Part shown: positions 29,901-44,900 of the stretch, piece after piece
Layout: the number at the start of each line of letters is the position of its first letter
Numbering within the stretch: the first letter of the stretch is position 1
Assembly: GCA_041649175.1 (NCBI GenBank)
Contig: JBAZNR010000001.1
Span: 386,332-450,331, forward strand
Direction: 5' to 3'
Length of the DNA: 64,000 nucleotides
Origin: Candidatus Omnitrophota bacterium
Lineage (GTDB): Bacteria; Omnitrophota; Gorgyraeia; Zapsychrales; JBAZNR01
Made by a program: the position numbers and the translations under genes
Notes under the pieces: generated by a model
The model's database searches: none
The model's input: the letters and a program-made list of their open reading frames with translations, nothing else
Told to the model about the DNA's origin: nothing

Positions 29901-32900
29901 GTTTGTTCGCTGTAGCCTAAATCTTGCGTGATGGTAACAACATTAGCGCGGGCATCTTGCGTGAGGTTTGTTTGCGCTGAGGATAAAGACGGCATTAGTA
30001 AGGCTACCGTCATGAGCCCGGCAACGGCTAAAGTTTTGAGTGTTCCTACTCTAGTTGGCTTGGCTATTGCGCTGACTGTTGGAACTTTCTGCGCTGCCAT
30101 ATCTCGATATTTCGTCCTGATCTGCTCAACCCTGGAATATTCAATGCTCGGGATCTGGCTTATCCCGGCTTGATCCAAGAGAAATGCCCGATGATGTCCG
30201 TCGGACAAAGCGACAAATCCGTCCGGTAATCGAGAAACGATGACAGGATTTTCTCGTGTAAATTCAAGAAGTCGATTAGCATTATTTTTGTCTGATAAAA
30301 ATAGGCCGACCATTTCTTTCATGGTCGCATCTGGGGAAACTTCTAAATTTAAAACGTGCGTTAAAATATCTCTGACCTGGTTGGCTGCAACTCCTTGATT
30401 TCCGATCTGGCCGTTTGGTTTTTTCATATCAGCGATGTTACTCAAAACCGCGCTATTGGCGATCTCTTGCAACATGGGAGAAACCCAATCCGTTGACAAT
30501 TCAAAGCTTTGATTAACCAAAGTAGCCCGAACGGTTTCGGGAAGCTTGCTAAGCTCAACATAATATCTTCGTCCGCTCGTGGTGGTTATAATACTGCGGC
30601 CGTGATCATCAACGCGTACTTTTCCGCCTTCTTGCGTTAAAACAGCTCCGTTTAAATCAGCAATTGCCATTGTTGACCATTGCCGGCCGTTCGTGTGAAG
30701 GGATGAAACTTGAATTTCTGTCGAGATAACAGGTTGAATATTTGTTTGCGGCAACACGGGTGTTTTACTGACGGCGATTTCGTGAGAAATTCCGAAAATG
30801 GCATCGGCGCTCTTAGCCTGATTAGAAACCTCAAAAGCGTCTTTTGCGCCCATAGCTTTTGCGGATTCTCCAGCGAGTCTACGGCCGATACGGGCAAGCT
30901 CGGCTAATTCTTTGATCTCGTGAATAATCACTTCATTGGACTGAATTTGCGGATTGGCCGCCCAAACAGCGCTATCGATAAAAATGATATTTCCTAAATT
31001 GCGTGCGGCCCCATGTCCGGCGGCTTCAAGCCCATTGACGCTAACAATTTGATAAGCATTTTGCGCATCTTGCGCTCTATTGCCATGCCAGCCGACGGTT
31101 TGATGAGAATTACTATCAACAAAACTTGATAATGCGGCTGCTCCGTTAAATTGTCCGTTTAATGCGCCGGCGCGATCACCGGACGGCGTGTTCCCGAGGC
31201 TTTGATTGACTAAGGCAACGCGGACAGGTTCAGGAAGTTTTTCAAGCTCAACATAATATCTTCGTCCATTAGCCATGGTGAGAATACTACGGCCTTGATC
31301 ATCAACTCTCACGTTACTGCCTTCTCTCATGAGCGTTGCTCCGGTTAGATCAGCCGCTTTTAATGCTGCCGGTTTATTACCTCTTCCAAGAGATACGACC
31401 GGAATCTCAATATTAGAATCAATGCCGGCCATATGATCAATAGCCGGAAGGCCTAAATCAGTGCCGTTATGGCCGTTTATGCCATTTAAGGATCCTGTTG
31501 GATCAAAGGGGCGAACTTCCGGCATACCATTTTCTTCCATGCCGGGCAATGAAGTAATGGCAGGTGAAGCATCTGCTAAATCAGGAATATTTGTGCCGAG
31601 ATCTTCCGCGCGCGGTAATTCAGCCGGAGGTAATCCATTGTCTGCTCCCATATTCGAAGCATCAACAAGAGGTTGCATAACGAGCTGTTCAACTCTGGTT
31701 GTTTCAACGGCAGATGCAGGTTGAGCCGATGGCATCGCGGGCTGTTCCACTCTCGGCGAAGGTGAAGCCTTAGGAGCTTTTGCTGAGACAAGCGCGACTC
31801 CGTCCTCATTTCGAATAACTTGTCCATACGCCGCGATCTGCCCAAAGATATCATTAAATCCGTGATCAAGCCCGAGTTTGGCGCCGAGTTCGTGAATAAG
31901 CATTTCGCTTACTTCTTCAACACTTCGCTCTCTTCCGGCATTAAAATCCTGACGGGTTAAATAAAGCCGTCCACCTTCTTTAAGCCAAGTTCTTTGCCGT
32001 TCGACAGTGCCATCTTCTTTTTGCACCAAAACATCCACATAACGCTGCCTGTCTCCGGATTTATTTTCGCCCCAATGTGCGTCTTGGACCATACTCTCGC
32101 CAATCACAAGATGTGACGCATCAAGTAAGAAAATAATTCCTTCGCGATTAGGATCAGACATCACTTGAAGTTCGCTGGAAATTCTTGCCAATAATTCCGG
32201 TAAATTTTGCCCTCTATTTTCCGCAAATTGTTGTAAACTTTCTAAGGCCCTTGTCTCGTCTTGATCTAATGGCGCTCCGCTTCCGTTAAGCGCACCCATA
32301 AATCGATTTAAACGGTTTAATGTCGTTTCAATAACCGGATGGCTTAAATCTAATTCTTCGGCTCTACCTTGATTCATTAAGTTGGAAATACGTCCATGGG
32401 CACGCGCTTCCATAGCCCGGCCAAAATTTCCTTCTTGATCATGATTGCTACCTGAAGCATTGACCGGGTTATCACGCTGTAATTGCGCATCGGCAACTTC
32501 ATCTACCCCTAAAGGAACAAAACCCGGTTTAGGCTGAACATCCGCCGACACTGGTGTTTCTACTAATAATCTCGGAGCAGAACCAACGGCGTTGGCAACC
32601 GCTTGAGGAGCAGCGCCGGGAATTTGAGATGGGTTAAATGTAGGTGCTGTCGGAGTACTTGGTGTTGTTTGCGAGCCATCAGGCGCGCTCGGAGCTGTTG
32701 GGCTGGCATAAGGATTTGTACCTCTAAAAGAAGGAAGTGATGTACCGGAATTTCTACCAAATCCACGAGCAACACTACTGAATTTTCTTGAACTTCCGCC
32801 GTTTTTATCAAAACCTTCCTGCAGGGCTTCAATGCCAAGGTTATACAGCGAGAAATTCGGATCATTCATGTCGGGTGTGCCGAAATTCATTTGGTTTAAA

Positions 32901-35900
32901 GCTAAGCGAAATGTATTTCCGGCAATTGGCTCACGGACAAATTCTTCAATGATAAAGTTCTGCGCGTTATTGACCGCGTTACCAATCGCTTGCCCCGCCT
33001 TGCTCTCTCCAAAAATAGCCCGTGCATTAAAGACCTTATCCCCGATACCAGATTTTTCACTTTGCCAAACCGACATTATCTCACCAATGATCGGAACAGA
33101 ATTTAATCCGGGTTGAATGACGGGCTTTAACGGATATAAAGCAGGGCCGAAATACAAACCTGTCTTTGCGCCTTCTGCCATGGAATTAGCAATAAAATAA
33201 CGGACAAATCTAGAATCGCTGTCTTTACTTTTTAAATCGTTTAATTTTTCCCCGATTTCTTTATCGCCGGTACGTTTATACTGGATTTCCAACTCATCAA
33301 TTTGTTGTTGCTTAACACTGGCAAAACTTTGCGGATCACCATCTCCAAACATATTTCCCATTAACCACGAGAAGTTAGAATTAAAATTGACAGCTCTATT
33401 CCCAAGTTGGTCCTCTTGAACAAAATCATTGGCATCTCTGACATAACTCGCACGTCTTGCGGCATAGTCCTGAGCAAAAGGAATGAGAACATTCATTGCC
33501 GCTAACTGCGGAATAACACTCGTAGCACTACTGGCCATTTTCTGTCCCATGATAAGCGCTTTGGAACTGGCTGTTAACCCTTTGCCACTTAGCTCAAGCG
33601 CTTCAATGCCAAAACCTTTGCCAAGAATACCGCCGGCCATCAAGATAAGACCTAAATCTTTATAGTTGTCTGATCCAAAGAATAAACCTGCCCCTGCGGC
33701 CGTTGTTGCCAATGTTAAAGCCGATAAAGTTCTTTGCCCTTTTTGCCAACCCTTAATAAGCATCCCTGGACCAACAATACCTAAACCAAACATGGCTAAA
33801 CCGGCATCTTTATGGCCAGTCGCAATCATGCCGGCTGTTGTCCCCCAATAAGCCTTAATGCCAAGATTGGCTCCTATTTTTCTCCAGTTGCTTGCATTCT
33901 GTACTATTTTTCCTCCGGAGCGCTCTAACGTAAACCAATCATCAATATGAGTCGGCTGGCTTAAAAGCGGTTTGGCAAAAAGACCAGCTGATAAAAGCCC
34001 AAGCCCTGTCAATTTCTGATCGTCACGGCCAAAGAATGTTAACCCAACCCCCGTGCCGACAACACCAACTCTGGCAACATTCAAAACCCGGTTAAGCCCT
34101 TTAGATTGAACCAATGTGGGCCAGATAATTGCCCGAATAGTTTCTTTGCGAGTTTCTTTGGCAAACAATCTTCCCGTAGCACTGGCAACATTTTTTACTC
34201 CACTGAACAAAGACGTAACAAACGGCCCAGCAAGCAATATCGTCAGCCCAAGCTTGCGATACGCATCTTTTGTCAGATTATTTTGATTAAGCGCCGGAAT
34301 AGTATCTCCTAACTGAAGAGCAACCGACAACCCGGCTTCAATACCGCGTATTCCTTTAGGGCTAAATATTTTCTGAAAATACGTTAAGGCATCGCCAGCT
34401 CTGGATAGAGACGTATTTGTTACTCTAAACGCAGAATTTTTAAGAATTTGACGCTGGGCATTTCTTGCTTGGTGAAAACCGTTGCGGCCAAACGACGTTA
34501 ATTTGCCGTGGTGAAACAAGGAAGACGTTAATGCCACCCGGCCTATATCATTCCAGTTGATCTGGCCTTTATCGTTAACGACCAAATGCCGGCCGGTGGC
34601 CATTAAAGAAACCGTGTCAGCCACGGTTAAGTCAATACCGACATCAAGAGCTGTTTTGCCTAAACGTTTACCAATGGTTCTGGCTGTTGCCGCGGAAAGG
34701 ATTTTAGCTGTGGCCGCGTTAACACCGCGCCCGACGATCATGCGGCGCATTTCCATATTAACACCGCGAGCGAAAGCTGATCGCCCTTCCGCTTTCACAA
34801 GATTTTTTACGCCATTCTTGAACACAATTCCGTTTATAATGGTTTTTCGGCGAAGTGAAGACAGAATAGCATCTTTACCAACTTTTCTAATAGCCGTCAT
34901 CGTCGCTGTTCTTAGACTTTCCGATCCTGTTGCCGCCGCTCCTGAAATACCGGCAGTAGCAAGGCTACCGACAACTAAGAAAGCATCGACCGTCAACCAA
35001 ACCGCATTGGCGGCATCAAATCCGACGACCATTCTTTCTGTTTTGTTGACTTCTTTAAAAAGATTATAGGCATTGCCGGCTTCCATGTATCCTAAGGAAA
35101 CAAGATAAGAGTTCAAATCTCGCATGGTCGAGGCATCATAACCGCCGCGAGATGTTAAGACGTCACCAAATTCGTAGTTAATTAATTCTTCCGCAACACC
35201 TATGCCGGGATAAAGATCAGGATCGCCTAATTCCTCTTTAAGGTCGGCCGTACGCTTAGGATCCCAAACGAATTCATTTAAATTGTCTTTTGAGATCGCA
35301 AGAGTTATCACTTTTTCTTTTCTGTAATCATTCCACTTCTCCTGCGCTAACCCTTTAAAATCGTCAATGACAAAATCGCTGCGGTCATTCCTGCTGGTCT
35401 GCGGATGAATGGCATCGGTTCTCACCGTATAGGTTTTTCCATCCACAACGATATCCACATATTCCTGCAGATTTCTTAAGCTGGTAACGGTTAATGCTCC
35501 GATAGATACAGAAATGGGCTCCCATTTTCCTGTTGTAGAATTATAGGCATATTTCTTGGGATCAAATCGCTCATCCCACGGATGGATAAATCCGCTATTC
35601 GTCGGGCTTTGAGCTGTCGGAAAATGAGTTTCTGGCTTTGGCCCAACGCCGGCTTCACTCGGATTCATAAAGAAATAATCCATGAAATCTTTATCGACCC
35701 TAAAGCTTTGTTCTCGGCCGTTAACATCCTTGTAATACACTTTCGGACCAAAACCCCCTCCTGCCTGGCTGAGCATATCTCGGCTGATCCGACGATAAAC
35801 TTTGTTGCCATTTTCATCTTCTCTCCAAACTGTAACGACTTTGCTGGGATCGTCTTTGCTGATGGTAATGTCACCATATTTTCCGTAAGGAAGAAGCTCA

Positions 35901-38900
35901 ACAACATCCTGATCGACACCGCTAGCCTGAAAATATTTATCCCAAATATCTTCTTGAGTGCCCCAACCGGTATTGACCGTTCCTTCATAATTCAGTGTGG
36001 AGCGTAGCGCGATCTTTCCGTAATTATCATCTGTAGTATCTTGGATGATGGGATTATTCTCATCAAAGACAATACCCATCGATTGGCCGTCTTGGGTGAA
36101 CGTCGCCGTATCAGAATCTTTGCCTTTCATAACAAATTGATGTTCGCTAAGTCTCGGAATGCCTAAACTAGCCGCATTATCTACAACACCGTCTGTGCCT
36201 CGCGTTGAAGAAGCGGAAGAATCTCGTTTTGCCGCCGCGCTTAAAGAATCTGCCGCAGCTTTTTCTTCAGGGGAACGGATAACAATTAACTTATTCCAAG
36301 GAATGCCGCTGGCATAAGCAATTCCGGAGCGATCCAGTGATTGTTGTGTTTCCGATGGCAAACGGCTGATCTCGCCTTTGGTATTAAACGCCCATCCGGT
36401 GATTTTGCCGTATTGGTCGGCCGCATAAAGCCATCCTTTGTCTTGACCGTATCCGCCGGGAATCATCTCAAGCGTATCATCACCGATCGTAACTTCTCCG
36501 CCGCTAATGAAGAATCTTTCTTGGTCGGGAAGGAAATTGCCCGTACCATCGGGAGTACTTATTTCTTCGCCAGAAAAACGAAGCGGTTTGTCAAAAGAGA
36601 TAGCTGCTTCACGTCCTCCTAAATCTACATCTAAGTTAAGATCAACAGCAGCACCGGCGGCCTGCCCGTGAATAAATTTACGCGCCTCACCGAAGTATTC
36701 GCGAGAATCATCGGTCACCGCAAACCCATAATTATCCGCTAAACTTGTATTGCGAATACGACTGTCCTCGCTGTAATAGCTTGACAACTCATCAGTTGTT
36801 TTTCCCTTAGCATCTTGAGCAAAGGCTCGGACAAGTTTAGACGTATCGGCATAATCTCCTGGCTTGATCTGAACAGTGCTTCCCTCCCCTAACTTCGGCG
36901 TGGACGGATCAAGATAAGAAAATGTTAAATAAGAATTTGCGTCTTGGGCATTCCAAATATCTTTTTGCCCGTCATTTTTAACAAAGAATTTAGAAGGCGA
37001 TTGTAAAGCCGCATTAGATTTTTGGGCTTGGCTTGAGCCGCCTTCGCGGGCAAAAATACGATAACCCGGAATATAAGAACCTTTGAATTGCGCAACAAGC
37101 TCATCTGTTTTTGTATTAAAGCGTAGCCCGGTAGCAGAAAGCGATTGAGTATATTGAGGATTTCCTATCGCATCAACCATTCCGGTTTCTATCGTGCCTC
37201 CATATAGGGCAACATCGTCGGAAACCGCAACGTCAGCAAAGGTTGTCATTATCCCATTGCTTGAGCCGATTCCGGTAATAATTGTTTTCGAAACACCGGG
37301 GACAACAGCCATGCCGACAACTTTTTGTGTTCCATTTTCTTCTTTGGTGATCGGAGTTATATAAGAATCATTGATCGTCATTAAATAATCCGAGAGATGT
37401 TGTGCTTGCACAGCTTCTGCATGACCGGCAAAATCAGTAGACGATTGGCTTTGACCAGATAAATCGATAACACCGTAAATTCCCTGCGCGGCATTAACAT
37501 CTCGTTGGGCCATGGAATCTGAAGAAGTAACTTCCATTGGACGCAATCGTGTTTGGCTGCGGAAATTATCAACCACAACAAAACCATCTTGCTTCGCTGT
37601 TTCGACTTTTTTGTCTTCTCCAACAAGAGAAATGGTGGCAATTTTTTCTTTTGGTTTAGCGACAGAGACTGTAAACTGATCGTCTTGTGCCAAAATATAC
37701 GGACGGCCATTTTCATCAACACCGGCTACCGGTTTGGGTAAAGATGTTGTTCTGGCTGTTAATGTATTCTCTTCTAAAATGGTTTGGTCGCCTTTTTTGT
37801 ATAAGGCGCCGCCTAACAGATCCATGCCGCTGAATTTATAAGGAACGCTTCCCACTTTTCCAAATCCAGCCGTAATCGTATGACGATCTTCACCAACGCG
37901 GACATAAGATCTATTGGCCGGATCATTGGCTTTTTGAGCATCCGCATCAGAGATTTCTTTTTCGCTGTAATGAGTTTTTTGCGCATTGTCTAGACCTAAA
38001 TACGTATCTACTAACATCGCCGCAGGCATGGCTTCTTGTCCGGTTAAGCTATCTAATCCGGCGATTTGAGCAAGCCTCGCTGTATACACATCGTGCTGCT
38101 CACCGCCGATTTTAGCAGCTGTTGACTTGTTACCATTGGTTAATTGTGCGATAACCGGCGCATCATCGCGGACAGATTGGTTAAGAAGGCTTCCTTCAAG
38201 GCCACGATTATTAACATTCAATTCGCCGTTGCCGCCTTTAGATTCAACGCGGCGTATGGCTAAATTAAATTCATCACCGGTAATAATGTCATTCTCAATT
38301 GAGGCGTTATCATTTTTCCAAACAGGAACAACCGTATTAGCACCGTCCCAACGGGCATCTTTACTCGTAAATCTTTGGTCTTGTCCATCCTTATTAGGAA
38401 TAACGAGATCTGAGTAAGCCGGCAAATTGTCTTTGTTTGCCGGAGAATAGACCGGAGCACCGCCCACGTTAGTAGCTTTGAAATTTTGTCCCGCCTTATT
38501 TATCTTTAGCGCTAAAGCATTATCTTTGCTATCGGCGCCATTGTGGAAAGTTAAAGGACGCAGCGTATTAAGAGTAAATTTGCCTTCACCACTGCCGCTG
38601 TATTGCGGAATTCTGCCTTCAGCAAAAGTGATCTTTTTATCGGAATACGTAACGGGTCCAAGGAGAGGATCATTGTAAGGGGCTTCTTGATCAAACTGGT
38701 ATTCTTTGGCGCGGAACACTTCACTTAGGTTATAAAGCGGAATATTCTCACCTTCATTTTGACTGGCATATTCAGCTCCATATTTTAACAATTCGCCATT
38801 TTTCTCAAAATTAATGGGATTAACTTTAAGGACTAAGCCATTGTCTTCACTGTTACCGCCTGCGCCTTGACTGACCGGCATAATGAAATACGGAACGATC

Positions 38901-41900
38901 GGCGCGGAGAAAAGCGGCGTTGTACCGCTGTAGCCGTCTTGCCGAACATCATAAAATTCAACCGGTGTTTTTTGTTCGGTCCCGTTTTGATTGTTTTGCG
39001 TAAATGAGGCCTTTAGTTTTATATCCGTAGAGGTGCGTTTTTCATCGCTAAATGTTCCGCCGGGATTGTTATAATTTTGATAGGATTCTACGCTACCGGG
39101 CGTGGAGAGAAAATCACCGCCGGTAAAAGAGCGTACTACGCCGGTTAATTGAACGGTTTCGGGAATTTGCGGGTTAACGGCAGACAGTAAATAATCTACG
39201 GCCTGTTGCGGATTTTCTTTTTCTTTGATTTCAAAGGTTCTGTTAACAATACCCTCGGCGCCTTCAACGCCGACCGCTGTTAACAATCCTGCCAGCTCTT
39301 CGCGTGTCCGATCATTGACCAGGTTTTCGCTTTGGCTAATTTTAGATTTTAATTCTTCCAGGATTCTGTCTTTCTTCAAAGTTTCATTGATCTCCACGAC
39401 ATGTTCTTTGGTGTCATCACGGCGAACGGTTGTATACGCCTGTCCGATCACAACTCCGCCCACGCCCATGGAAAGCTTTCCCTGTTCGCCTTCGGCGGAA
39501 AGCCAAGTGTTCTCACGGCCGCCGAAAGATGTCTCTTTCTTGGTACTGAATTTGATGGGACCTTTCACGGAAAATAATTCTTTTGTTCCTGTTCCTAATT
39601 TAAGCTCATATTCTTTTTCTTCATCTTGTGGTAATTTCCATTCGGCTCCGGCGGCAAATTGAAGCATTTCGGGAGATGTGGTGAGGGCATATTCTGTCGT
39701 TCCAGCAGAAAACTTTGTAAAAACTTGATTGCCGACAGCAACATTCTCAATGATGCCGTGTGATGTTGTGCTGCGTTCAATACCGGAAGAAATATTAGAC
39801 GGTGTTCCTTCGCCTTCCTCAGGTTTATTGAGCGGCGTATTGAACGTACGGCCATAGACGGGCAACTTGACTGTGTCAATACTGGCTACCGTGCCAAAGG
39901 CTTTAGGTGTAGATTTATCTCCCGCGCCTAAAATATCCGTTTGAAGATCCCTGACAGTACCGCTTATGGCCTCTGCCTGAACAATGCCAACGCCTAAATT
40001 AACAAGCGATTGACTGGAGGAAGAAATCTCATCGATATTCCTTTTAATTAAAGCTTCTCTTTCTTGGGTTGGATCATTGCCCTGCTCAACGGCGAGTTGA
40101 CGAGTCGTTTCAGCCAGATCAAAGAATTTCTGAACTTTTTCTTTGGATAGATCATCTTGGGCAATGCTATCATTAACATCTCCTGCCATAGAAACGATAT
40201 CACTTAATGCCATACCAACATTACTGCTTAATCCTCCGACAACATTGCGTTTGATCTCTAATTTAATTCCTTGATCACCTGCGTTAATACCTTTGGCGTC
40301 CCATTTTTTGGATGTTTCCCACTTCTTTGTTGCAACATTATATTTTCGTTCTTCCCAGGCGCTTCCCTTTTGTAAAGCCATCGGCTTAACTAGTGTTTGG
40401 CCTTCTTCATTTTTTGCACCTAAAACAATTGGCGCGGCATCGGTGCCTGAGAAATCAAATCCGGTTTTGCTTTTATACTTTAAGCGGATAAGCCCGCCTG
40501 ATTCGCTTAATCCTTCGATCACATATTTTTTGTTTAAAAGATGAACGTCGGCTGAATACATAAGGCCGGTGGGATTAACGGTCACGATATGTCCGTTAGT
40601 GAATTTAAGAGCTTCTCCTGCTTCGCTCACGTAAGATCCGTCACGCGGGCTAACGGCCACAAATTTTTCATAGACCGGTTTATTGTCCACCACGCGCCCC
40701 ACCAGTCTTTTGACGTCGCGGTCAACGAGTTTAAATTTATCGTTGGGGCTTACATAAGCAAATCCGCCTTCGAATCTATTAGTATTCGGATTAAACGAAG
40801 GCTCTTCAACGTTAAATCCGCCGCCGGTAACGCCGGGTTTTTCATTGGCTGTTAGTGTTGTCCAGCGCCATTTGCCGGTTTCTTGTTGTAAAGCGTAATG
40901 GTATTGATCTTCCGCTAAAGGATCCTGGAGAGATACGACATCTTGGGTTGACTTAGGTTTTTCAAAGCCATTTCCGATCTGCGTTCTGTCAACATCTGCT
41001 GTCTGATTAGGATTTTTAGGCGTAGTGCCTTCTAAATTTCTAATGACGATATTATCTTTTCCTCGGCGGATAGAATCGGTAAGCCTGTCATTGATGTAAC
41101 TCGTAGGACTGACGGCTGAACCGCTGTTGGCATGATAACTACGTGTCGCACCGGTGGTCCAATTTCCGCGATGGTCTTTGGAGGCAGTGAAATTAAAAGT
41201 TACTTGGTCTAAGCCAGCTTTATGTTGTTCTTGGTTAGCGCTGAACATACCGGCAGGGACCGTGATCGCATTGCCGCTGTCATCGTAACCAATAGTCATA
41301 GCGTCGTGCTGGACAACGCCACCGCTCGGAATTGCTTTTCCATTTTGTTCAACACGGCTTAAGTATTCTCCGGATACCGGAAGAGACATTGTTTTTGCTA
41401 ATCCGGGATATCCGCTAAATCTTTCCACTATTCCATTATTCGCGTCATGGGTTAAAACCGCCGTTTGAAAATCAATGGAACCATCTGCATTTTGTCGGAC
41501 AACACTTCCGCCGAAAGCGGCTTTGTCCAAACTGGCTTCGGCAACAAATTCAAGTCCACGGTCAGCTTGAACAGCCGTAAAGCCTTTCACCGCGTGAGCG
41601 CTGTAAGCTTTGACATCCCCACCGCGGCTTAGGCTATTGCTCTTTGAGAAATCAACCGCTTCTCTTCCTCCCACGCCGAGCTTTCGAGAATAACTCATTC
41701 CCCAAAATTCACCTTTTTTATCTGCCTTTGCGTCAATGATAATTCTGACATCACCTAATTTTTCCTGATCAAGAATAGAAACCCTATTAGAACGAATGCC
41801 CCCTTGCCCATCGCTTAAAGAAGCGCCTGTCGTATTTCCTGCTAAGGCATTTGCGCTCGCAACATCAATGTTTTGAAACTCCCCATTAACATTCACCTGC

Positions 41901-44900
41901 AGATTGGTATCTTTTTCCGTTACCCCATATTTTTCTTGAAATCTTTTAGATAATCCGCGGCCGCCATTGGTGAGATCTAACCAAACTCCTACCTTCCCGC
42001 CTTCTTTGGCTTGCGCGTAATCCACAACACCCCAAGAAACAATGCCAAGCCCCATCCATCCGCCAAAGCCCATTAAAGCGGCGTTTGTTTGCCCGGGTTC
42101 GATAATCGCGTGGCGCGTCAATGGCTTTTCTTTTCCGTCCGGGCCTAAGCCTATTCTCACAAATTTATCTTGAGGAAGCCCTAAAACAGCTATTGTTCCT
42201 TTGGCAAATTTTTCTCTTTGTTCTGCTGATTTGGTAGCGAGCCTGGCGGATAATCCAGCAACGCCTTCCACTAAGGCACCGGTCGTATACGTTATATTTT
42301 GTACAGACGCCTTAGCCAGCGTGGCGTGCATGTTATTAACGTAATAACTTTGCGCAAGCGCGCCGGGTAAAGCAATTAACTGCGCTTCATATTGCTCTTT
42401 CAAATAAATTTCTTTATTTCCATCGTAGGCCTCATATTTTTCTCTGATTTCCGCCCTAGATAACCCTTTATCTTCCGTTTCATTGAAACGGCGCATATCT
42501 TCCTTCATCCGGCGCGACTCACGCACATAATCAATGCCCATACCGGCTGCGGCCGTGACGGAATTAATATAATGATCAAATCCGCTAATGGTCCACTTTT
42601 GGCCGTTTTGAGGAATAGAGCCTTGATACGTATAAAAATCATTGGACATTCTGGCTAAATCGCCATAAGAAACCATGCCAAATTTTTGGAAGAATTTTCC
42701 GACTGTGGAAGCCACTTTAGCTATATCACTTTTTTTACCCCACACCGCTTTTTGCTTATCTATTGTCGTATCATCTTGGAGGTCCTCTACTTTTCCAAAG
42801 GCCCCCATATAAGCTCCGTGCGCAATAGCGGTAGCAAAGAAAGCAATGGTCAAAAATTGTGTAGCTGACATTCCTTTTTTTCCGGTCTCCGCATTGGCAA
42901 CATTATTTTGATACGCTTGATCTAAGGCGAAAGCAAAGAGTGAGCCAACCATGCCCTGTCCAAAAGGAGAGGCCATAAACCGAGAAAGACTATCCCAAAC
43001 AGATGAATCTTTGCTAGAACCACTCGTCCCCGCTCCGAAGAAATTCGTATCAAACCCATTCAAAGCATAACGGCTGCCGGTTTCGCCTAAAACGCCAATG
43101 GCTTCCACCAAATAATAATGTGTTGAAGGGTTAACGGGTTTCCCGAAGAAAAATTTATTTTTAGTAAAATACCATTTCATCAATGTCCCGGTACCTTGCG
43201 TGATCAAACCAGGTGTCAGAGATTTAAATTGATCGAAAGCCGCATGCAAAGGATTATTCGAAAGCTCTATCTGACCTCTTGGATTGTCTATATTAAAGTC
43301 GCCTTGTAACCATCCTCTTTCGAGACCCATCTTAGACCCGGCCCAATCCATACTGACCGTGGTGCCGGCTAAAACCGGAGTTGAAATCCCGGTCATCAGA
43401 ATGTTGGAAACACCTTGGCGGAGAATATCGTTACCAATGTTTTTAACGAGAGGCTGGATAATATGCTTGTCGGCTAAAACTTCTATGCCGGCTTTAGCCG
43501 TGCCATAAAGAAGGCCTCTGGCAAAACCACCACCAAAAGCCGATAAAGCACTACCCTGCGGACCCATCTGCCCTAGCATTGCTTGCAACTGTGTTGGGCC
43601 GGTAAGATTGCCCGAATTCCATGCAATCTGCTCTCCAACCATTGAGGGAGTAACGCCTGACAACCCAGTAGATTCCAATGTTCCCCCGGTTAATTGTTGA
43701 AATTGCGTGGGGCCTGTGAGATTACCCGCTTCCCATGCGGCTTGTTCAGTTAAGATATTTGGATTTTTTAAAATTTCTTTGGAAGCCGCATCAGCGCCTG
43801 CTTTAGCACCTAAATTATTTGCGTACGCGCTAACCCCCATGGACACACCAACCGTAAATGCCGTCGAAAAGATAAAAGCACCGGTTTCATTCCACCAGCC
43901 CTTCATCACGCCGATCTGTCCTAAGGTACTTCCCAAACTTCCTATCCCGTTGCTTATGGCAAAAGCTCCGGGATTAAATCCGGTGGAAGCAAAATTGACC
44001 AAACTCATGAGCGCTTGCGTTCCCACAACGGTCCACATGTCGCTACGGCTAAAAGCTACTCCCGGTAAAAAGTCATGGGCGCGGCTGTGCCACTGAGAAC
44101 CCCAAACAAAGGCTTGAGTAGCTTCGCTGACAATTTCCGCTTTTTCTGATTGGACAATACTTGGCGCTAAAACGAACCCGGTAGATTGTTTGGCAAAATC
44201 TTCGCGCGAAATGGTAAGGGACTTTCCAATATCGGTGTACGAAACCTCTTTGTCATCAATCGCTGTTACAGTAATGAAATGTTCAGATTTGAAGTTGGCG
44301 ATGAATGGCGGTCTTAAATTGAAAATCTCTTCAGCCGGTAAACGAACAGCTTGGACATTTAATCCATAAGCATTGGCGATCTTATTCAAAGCAAAAAGAG
44401 AGGTCTTAAGCTTCGGCTCACCCGGCTCAATAATGTTGTTCAAAAGGTCCACTGCTAAAGTAACCACCGAAAGCTCTTCTAAAGCCACTTCAATGTCGCG
44501 GCTCATGAGAAGATCTTTAAGGGCGTAAACACCGCAGTTTAAAGGGTGAATACTGGGATCGCGCAGCCAAGAATAAATCTTTTTGATGCGGCTGTCGGTC
44601 ACGGTTGTTTCTGACTTTATTTCAATGGTTCTGTCTTCTAATTCCGGATTGGAGACATTTTGACGGGGCAGTCTGAGGTTGATTTGGGGCTTTTCTTTGT
44701 AGGCGATTTGTTTTAAAAGATTCTCAACGCTTCCGGCAATTTGGGCAGAAGCGACTTCTTCGGGAGAGGCATCGGGGCTAACGGCATTGACAGCTTTGTC
44801 TTTCCAGAGAACAGCCGGATTATAGTTAAACGCCCAGCTGATCTGGTCAGGAATAAAAATGACAACAATGAGCAAGGCCACCGTTCTGATCCAGGCCTTA

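Noticed and set aside
3018-44096. The many plus-strand ORFs of 60-190 aa inside 1-45 kb, for example 3018..3410, 6864..7280, 24258..24830, 25503..25961, 34557..35069, 35582..36007, 39225..39662 and 43707..44096
   Set aside because: They are antisense to the verified minus-strand coding frame of the giant gene. Their translations are low-complexity and rich in Ala, Ser and Arg, typical of antisense GC-skew artefacts. They have no ribosome-binding sites and no recognisable motifs.
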